Of a DNA stretch of 64,000 nt, positions 43,621 through 52,600 are shown in pieces. Positions within the stretch are counted from its first letter, which is position 1. The number at the start of each line of letters is the position of its first letter. A model generated the notes under the pieces. It was not told the DNA's origin. It worked only from the letters and a program-made list of their open reading frames with translations, and ran no database searches. Source of the stretch: a virus; the IMG/VR virus record IMGVR_UViG_3300036861_000275, positions 1 to 64,000 of that record, one strand, 5' to 3'. The position numbers and the translations under genes were made by a program.

Positions 43621-46600
43621 CGGCCGTGCTCTTCCATGATCATCCTCTTCACCGGACCCATTTTTTTCATCTTCATCTCTTTCCATAGCTCAGGATCTTG
43701 TGCTCGGACACGGCTATTGGCCACCCCTCGGACTTCGCGTAGCTTTTTAGCTAGCGCCTCGCGTTGTTCAGCGTCAGTCAGGGATTGATAGGCCGACGAT
43801 GACACGTATGGGTCGATGCGCTCCTCGACTAGCGGACCCATCTCCTCTTTGACCATGCGGTCCCATTCCGGGATTCCGATTGTAGGTAAGATCTCTCGCG
43901 ACTCAAAACCTAGCCGGTCTAGTTCTCTCTCGGCATCGTTTTTGGGTTGCGTCACGGTGGCGCCCAGCATGCCGGCTATCGGCATCCGGCGCTTTGACAC
44001 CTCCCCGGTGGTCGGCGCTATTCTCTCCGGCAACGTTTCGGCGGCGAATGGTGTCGTCGCTTTGATGGGTCCTAGGAACGGCTCCAGGGAAGGGTCTCTT
44101 TGGGTTGCGAACTTATCGGAAAAGATGGCCATGGTCTCTTGGATGTTTTTCAGGGGCACTAACAGGCCGGCGACGGCCTCTCCGAAGAGTTTGCCGGTCA
44201 GCCTACCCTTCATACCCTCCGTGTCAAGATCCCCCAAACCCTTGAAGAGCTGGTCGACCAGCGCCATACCCACGCCAGCCCTCATGTTGACAGACAGAAT
44301 CCCCCGTAGTATCGACCATGAGTCTATGTTGTACAGCGTGCCACGCCTGGCTCGGACCATCAGGTCGCCCACGAATAGGTATGCCGCGAACGGGTTGTAG
44401 GGAGTGATGTCGATATTGTGGCCGCCGACGTTGACCTCATACCACTTATCACCCGCCCAGTCGCTATCCCGCAGCGCATACGAGAGACCCAGCAACATCG
44501 CGCCCATCAATGAGTGGCTGATAGCTCGAAAGTTGCCCTTGGCGAATTCAGCGCGCTCGGCCTTAGACAGCAGTGACAGGAAGCCGAGCGGGTTGAACTT
44601 GCCATAAAACTTCAGAGTGTTCAGCATGAACCGCGGGAACGGTATCACGAAACTAAGCGGGAGGAACCTGTTTACCAGATTCATAAAAAGCCACGGTACG
44701 CTGCCATGTTCAGGGCTCTCGGCGAACGTCAGCTCGAGTGACTTCTGAATGGCTGCCTTCACATCGTCTAGATGGATTTCATCGGCCCGGTTCCCTTTGA
44801 TGAGTGTCTCTAGATCCTTCCCGCGCAACGTAGTGAGTCGATCTAGCTCGGCATGGAGGATGGCGTTACGGAAAGCATTCTCCTGCCAGTTGTTCACGAT
44901 GTTTAGCAGGCTGACGCCCTGATCCATACCGTCTAGGATACGATCCAGCCTAGCCTGACTTCCTCCGGCTGCTTTCTTGTATAATTCGTTGCTGCCGTAA
45001 GTGCTAAAGGCGCGTGAGAATTCCTTTGGGAATGCTGCCAATATCGCCCGGATCTCCGCCTCGTTCTTGGATGGTCCCTGGAGCGCGGTCCCGCGTTGGC
45101 CAGGTCGGAACCACATGTCGATGAGCTGGTGCATCGCGGCCGAAGGGTCTGCCATCCGACTAGGATCAATCTTCCCGCCGAGACCTTTCACGCCGGCCTG
45201 AATCATTCTCTGTAGCCCAACGTCGGCTATATCCAGACCGACTCTCACGTTCTGGCCCCAGAAGTTATGAGTACCGGTCGCCCATCTAGTCGTCAAGAGA
45301 CCACGGCGGATGTTATTCAGCCGATTCCACCAACGCCGCTGGATTTCTTGCTCGCGCATCACCTCTTTGAGCCCTTGTTTCTCTGCGACCTCGTCTAGGG
45401 CTGCCCTTATTTGCGGATCGGCTCGCTTGATAGCTTGAGCCAGACGTCCTAATGCACCAAGACGTCTAGCCGCATCTCTGACGGCATCCCGGAAGAGAGC
45501 GTCAGCAAATTCGGTGTCAGTGAGTCCGAACTTAGCCCGGACACTCTGGAGATGATCGCTCGTCAACTTGCCGTCTTCCATAAGGTTCCGGATCTGATCC
45601 GAGATTAGCATGTCTGGGTCACGAGCTACACCGGCCGCAGTAAATAGATCCTTGGCTACGGCAAGCACTTGACTGTGCTCCCCTAGAGCCAGTATAGGAT
45701 CGACCACATTGACGTCCGCTTGCGACAGAGCGCCCGGCTGAGCGCCTTGCATGTTCTGTGGATTCGCCACCAGCGGGTCAGGTGACGTTTCGCCCGGCGC
45801 CGGCAAAGACTTCTGCACTGCCTGACTAAGCTCCTGCTGCCGCGCCAAGGTACGTTCACGGATGCGCCGGCCGACTTCCTCTTGGATCTGGCGTCGGCGA
45901 TCTTCGGTAGGTTCCCGGGCCATCAGCCCGGTCTCTCCAGGTCTGGCCTCAGCAGCTCTTGCAGCGGGAAGAACGCCGGTGAGTCGTTCCCGTTCCACGG
46001 CATATCCAGTAACCTTTTCCCCGTACTCCAGGCCACGTTCTACGTTTGTCCGCACAGCCTCGCTGCCGGCTGCTCCCGTCACCGGGGAGCGCCACACGTG
46101 GTCTGTGATATTGCCGTTCTTAATCAATGTACGCGAAATCTGATCTGTGCCAGCCCACAGGGAGTCTGTGTAGACCAAGGCTCTCATAGCACCGAAACCG
46201 CGCTTTTGATCCTGAAGCCATTGCCTGAATTCAGGGCCGGAGTTGTATTCAGCTAGAGGTAAGGTCTGAATGGCCCGGACCTTATTGCGCGCATCGGAAT
46301 AAACAAGCACAATCTCTTGATGCCCATGCACGATCTGCCCGGCAACAGCAGCCATCGCCTGAGGGGTCCCGACGTCAGCATTGAGCAGCTTATGCTCGAC
46401 TAGCGGCGTTAGAAGCGTATCCGGGCCTGTGCCAGGGAGTTTATGGATGGTTGCCATCTCAGGAGTCCTGGCACCGCTAGAGATCACGGCATACGTGCCT
46501 GAATCTATGACTACGTGGCCCTGAAAACCGGGCACTTCACCGCTGATCGTGGTAGTCATGTTCACGTCGTCCTGAGATACGGCAGGGTTGCCTGATGGAT

Positions 46601-49600
46601 GGTTGTGCATCATCCAATACCCATCAGCCCCCAGATCCTTCATCGTAGCCTTCATCCTGGCCATGCCTTCAGCGTTTGTGCCGTTTCCCTCGAAAGCTAG
46701 AGTGACGGCCGCCAGCCTTGACGAGACAGGAGTCCAACCTACTAACCGGCCCTGTTTCGTGTACAGTATCCGGAATGTCTCGTACCTAGGATCACGTAGT
46801 ACCTGGGCCATCTCGGCGAGCTGGCGATGTCCCTCTATCTTGCGCCCTATCCAATCCAGTTTGCCGGTCTGGACAAGATCGGCGCGGATGCCGAGGCCCA
46901 GTACCTTAACGCCTTTCGGCCAGATAGCTGAGGATGGGGCCATGGACTTGAAACTATCCTCCGGGGTCGCCTGGACGGCTTGTAGATCCCAGAGGGCATC
47001 CATCGTTAGCTGGTTCGTGCGCGCCGAGGCGTCTTTGCGTTTTTTGTAATCCTGTACGCGCTCAAATAGCGCCTGACCTCGGTCCAGCACGCTCTCTCGC
47101 ATGGCCGTGGTGACTTCGAGGGAATGCACCGGATGGCCTTTGCTGATCGGGTCTATCAGGTTGTCCATCCACTGACCGTTCCCACGGTCTAGGGCCGATT
47201 GAGCCTCTCTCCTAGTCGCATACTGACCGACAACCGTACCCGAACCTGTAAGAGTAACCCAAGGCTTGGCGGCCTTTTCGGCATCGCTGACAGGCCCAAG
47301 GAAAACCAAGTTGGGCCGGTCCACCTCGACCATCGAGTACTTGGCGCCCCACTTCTTCCCGTACTTGACGGCAAAGTCCTTGAGGATCTTGTCGTAGAAG
47401 CCGCGCATGCCTTCGCCGCCAACCTCTAGCCCGTCGCCAGCTATGTATCCCTGGGCTTCGCCTACAATGCGGGCGGCTATCGGTTTCGGTAATACGTCAT
47501 CGACCTGGTGTCCGACAAAACGTTCAGCGCCTCTGTTGGCTGTGCTAGCCAGCACTTTCCCATCCGAGCCGACCAGAAACTTAATGTCGCCGCCGCCGCC
47601 CTGTTTGCCCAAGACAACCATTGGCTGATGCTCGCCTCGGAGCGTGTTGGCCCACGTCACGGAATTGATCACGTGAGAGATTGAATAGCGCTCATTCTGC
47701 TGGGCGCCGGTGGTCCAGGATACCCTGTCGTAGCCGTTCTCTGCCGCCCAGCGCAACACTCGCTTGAAGGCGAGCTCGTGCCAGGTCTTCGCGAATGGAG
47801 CGTCAGGGACTCCTGTTTTCCCGACGTCTTGCAGCTTGTGAATCATATCTTCCTTCTCTACGAGGCTCTTATGCCTACTCCTGATCTCATCTGGTTCCGC
47901 CTGCTCAGCGCCACGTCGCCCGATTAGAGTCTCATACTCTGCACGCTCTTGATCGAACGATTGCTGAAGGGCCTTAATCTGGGCGATTTCGGGTATCGTC
48001 AGCTCGCGACGGTAACCCTGCTTGCGGCCTTTCTGGTGCCAATCGGACTGGAGCTCCTCGATATGCAGCGTCCTACGACCTTCCGGATCGGTTCTGTCAT
48101 TGAATCGTGTGTGCACTAGGATATTTGGTGCATCCCAGTGCGCCGACTCGAACACTACCGGTTTGCGTTTAGAGACTGTAGGTGCAGGTGATTCGTAGAA
48201 GCGGGTTCCATCCTTGACCATGTCGGCTACGTGACCAGCGTGACCCCTAAAAAACTCAAACACATTTCCATTACGATTAAGAGCTAAAACCTCGCCGCCA
48301 TTATTCACTCTACTGGCAGCGTCCTCGGCAGAAAGCCGAGCGCCTGTTTTAATAAACCCGTTGGGTCCCTGAGTCTCGGCCTGGATAATAGCGTCCATCC
48401 GATCCCGAGCTAGGTACGAGCCTATCGGGCGGCCCTTGTCATCAAACACGTCGAATACGTCCGCTCCCTGCATTTTGTTATGCCATGTAATACCCGCCGA
48501 TACCGCTTCAGCAGGAAGACCCCTGATCGGCTGCTCGTCGCTGACGGAGACAGCCTGCTCGTACAGCATCATCCACTTATAGAACTCGTTCAGGTCCGAT
48601 CTGATCTGGCCCTGGGCGGATTCCTGGACACCCGGGATCGGAATGCTGTATCGAATACTTCTGGCCTCATTGGTGTGGTACCCGAGCAGCAGATTAGCCT
48701 TTAACAGCTGCGGTACCCCGGCGGCGTTCTGGTCTAGCGTGATAGCAGCCGTGGCTTTAGCCTGGTCGGCCCGCTTCAGAATTGCTTCCTTGATACGCCT
48801 GTCGTCCGTCGGCTGATTTGCGTGCGTCAATTCCACCCAGCGCTCGAACTGGTCTTGTGTCATCTCTTCTAGTGCTTTGCGATTAAGCCCATGCAATTCG
48901 GCCGACTCGTTTGGATTGAGAGGGCTCACGTTACCTAGAGTCAGGAGAAGTTCACGGCCGTTCTTGGCCCCTGGGAGGACGTAAGCTGCATACTTCAATC
49001 CTTGCCCTGCATTGGAAATATCCCTAGCGGCTTGATTCAGGTCACGACTCAGGTCGGCCACTCTATCCCTGGTCTCGAAAAATCTATCCGTCAAAGCTGC
49101 CAACCGATCTTCGACGGCCTGAATCGGCGGGCTGGGGACACCATTAATCAACATGGAGTCAGTGCCAGTGTAGAGAGCTGCCCGAAGATTTTTTAGCCCC
49201 CTATGAACCATCTGATTATCAGCACCGGCGCTTAAATCATCCATGATCTGATCGGCGCGATAGCCGCTCACTAAAGGATCAACGGCTCGCCATATATCCC
49301 CTTTGGCTGAGACGTACTCACGATGAGCCGCTGAATGAGCCGCCTCTATGGTCTCTTTCTTCGCCAGCAATTCTGGCGGTGCCATTCCATAGACCACCTC
49401 GTCGACCTTGACGGCGTTAGCATCCAGGAAGTTCACCACGTCCTGCTTGGTGACCGGCCCTGTCTTGTCGCGTAGCCAGTCATCCAGGCCGCTCCACTTA
49501 ACTTCGTCCTGTTTGACCTCGTTCGACCTGAGAATGGCCCGAAGCTGGTCTACGCTTGCCCGCGTGGGCAGTTTGGTCTCTATCAAATCCTTGAGGCCAG

Positions 49601-52600
49601 AGTAAAATACTGGACCAGGCTCTCGCCTTACTCCATACTCTTGAGCCGCCTCGGCTAGCATTGAATGCTGGGCCGAATCGTAGCTGCCACGATTTCCGAG
49701 CGCGCTCTTAATCTGTCCCGGGTTGAATGCTATCCAGACACGATGCTCCGGACTACCGGTTCTCTGGCCGCCGATATGAGTGATGCCGTCGTAGCCGGCG
49801 TTACGCAAACTCTGATTAGCTTGGCCGGTGGAGAACTCGTTGCCGTTAGCGCGCCAAGCGTCCGTCAACGCATCCCAGACTTGAGCCCCTCTGGCGTACG
49901 GCTTGTCCATACCCTCACGGAGCATGGTAAGGGCCTCTGTGATCGTGAATTCTGGGAACATGCTCTCGTAAAATTCTTGCTGGACATATCCAGGCAGGGA
50001 ATCGACAATGTCGCTCACCTGTCGGCCGGTCATTAGCGTATCATCGGCCTGGAATGGATTCTCTAGGCGGGCATACAGAGCGTAGACCCCTCCGACGCCG
50101 CGCTCCCGCTCTAGGATCTTCTGAATGACACGCATGTTGTAGGGCTGACCGCTAAGTTCGTCGAGCCACGCGTACTGTCCAGTTTCCAGAAAGCGCTGCA
50201 CGTTGTTATCGACCCGTTGCTGCTCCCCCTGGGAGAGATAGCCGCGCTCGATCATCCCGCGAGACCAATCCCTACTAGACTTCAGCTCGCTCACAACCCG
50301 ATTGCGCTCATCTTGATCCGCGACTCCAACGTCCAACCCTTTATGGGCGTAGCCTCGGCGCTGGAATGTCGGTGTATGGATAGATGCTGCCCATTGCCTC
50401 TCCTCAATCGGTCCTTGACCTACACTCCATACGAATCCTTTTCGTCCAGGGGCGGCCATGGCTTCTTCCTGGGTCGGGAAGTACTTGACCTCGGTATCTT
50501 CTTCCACGACCCCGCCGGCAATGTTGGGCGATTCTGTCATGTAGAACCCGGGACCGTAGAGTGCCCCTGGATCAAATTTCTCAGGATTCACTTCCTCGAA
50601 GCCGGGGTTACCTGTGCCGTGGTAGACAACGCGTGGATCGCCGTTCTCGTTTCGGACATGGCTATTCCCGAACCACTGCCGGAAATTATCGGCGTGACTC
50701 CCGCTGCGGTTGTAGGGCGAGATAGGCTCGAAGAGTAGCATTTGGTTCTGCTTCTCTTCGAGACTGCCGCGGCCGAGTGGGGTTTGCTCGAATCCCTTTT
50801 GCTGCACCCCCGCCTTAAGCGGGGTCGCTGGCATCTGGCGGGGCGCTACTCCTGGGACGAGGGCTTGCTCTCCGATGGGGGTTTGTTCGTATCTGAGGCC
50901 CGCTTTGCCTTCCAGTGAGCCGATATCTTCTCGACCATTTCCTTGTGTCTCGGCAGAAGTGCCAAGTCGTCCTCGTGTAGGAAATGTTCCCCCGGTTTCG
51001 GTCTGGGTCGGTCGTTGCCCTCTGGGGACATCGTTGTTCCAGGCTTCATAGCTGTCCACCCTTTCCGTATCGTTCTTGAGAGCATCATATGTCGCAGCCG
51101 GCCTGGCGTCAACCTCTAACACATAAGCCGGATCTACGAACTGAGTAGGTTCGCCCCTCTGGAGGCGATTCATGTAGCGGTCGACGGCTCTTTGAGCCGC
51201 CTTCTCCTCAGGTAATGCCATATAAGCCAAGTGCACTCGGTAGCCGTTCATCTTTGCCTTATTCAGGACTTGCGTGATACGGTCCGGGTTTTTGCCGGTC
51301 AACACATACACAATATTGTCGCCTTGCGACACGGCATGATCGTAGACATCGTCGGCCACCGCCGATGACTCCATATGAACGGCGCCGTTGAATCTGCCGT
51401 TCTCTGATTCCGGGATCATCAGTTTAACGATGTCGCTATCAATAAGAAGAGCCGACAGCCGATCCTGAAGAGGCTCCGCGAGATGATCGGTCTTACCAGA
51501 AGCCGGACCACCTAGAACTACCGCTAGGATCTTGTCCTTGCCACGGGTCCCTTCGTCGGTATTGGCCAGCGCTCCGCGCTCCCACATTCGGACTGTCTGA
51601 CCGTCACCGTAGAGTTGGTCTGCCCAGCCATCTCGCATCTGCCGCCGCTCGATCGTATTGATTTCGTCGGTAGGCTCTTTCGCTGCCTGCTCTTGGCGGG
51701 CGGCTACAATCTCAGGGGTATCGTATGGGGTGGATACCTCCAAGGTCTCTGGATTACCGGCGAACTCACCACCAACAGCCTTGCGGAGCGCTTCACCCTC
51801 TGGCGTTGTAGACGTCCAGATTACCGGCTCATCGCCCTTTTGCAATTCCTCGACAAGGGACTTCCCGACCCCCTGCCTACGGGCATCCGGCTCGACATGG
51901 ATGTACTGGATATATGTCTTGCCGCGGTACGACGCCCAGTCTATGTGCCCGACCTGGGTATCGCCGCGCATGGCGCGTAGAGTTCCATCGGTCTGACCAT
52001 GACTGACCCCTAGGACGTCGTTCTGGAAACTTATCTCTGGCAGTTGGCGGCCGCCGGCCTCCCGCACCACGGTCGGTTGCTCCACCTTGACAGCTTCCAT
52101 GACTTGGCGATGGATAGCGAGCAGCCTGTCTTGGCCTGAATTGATGTCTCGCTTCCAATTTATGTCCTTTGGCCTGTTTTTGTTATGCTTTTCCACCGCG
52201 GCCCGCATTTCGGCCTTAGCGGACGCTAGCGCTTCGCTGGGGTCCATACCCTTCCGAAGGCCACGAACGTACTCACCTGGAGCCAGAGAACGGAGCATGT
52301 CGTCGAAGTGGGCCGCCCCGACAGGAATAGTGCCAAATGGACCCTGGTTCTTCCTGGCTACATTCTCTAGGCGTTCCGCTTCCGTATCCAGTTTGCGCAT
52401 AACCGCAAAGAGCGCTTCCCTGGGCTTCTCTTCCAGGGCGCTATAGTATGGCTTTGGCTTCTCTACCTCGGCCGGAACGGCTTCGGCAGGTGCTTCTCTG
52501 CGAGCCTGCGCTTCTCGGCCAACATGTTCTGGACCTGCTGGCGGACCTTGGACCTGGCTGCGAGGTTCTTCTGGATTCTCTTTACCACCTCTTTCCTGGG

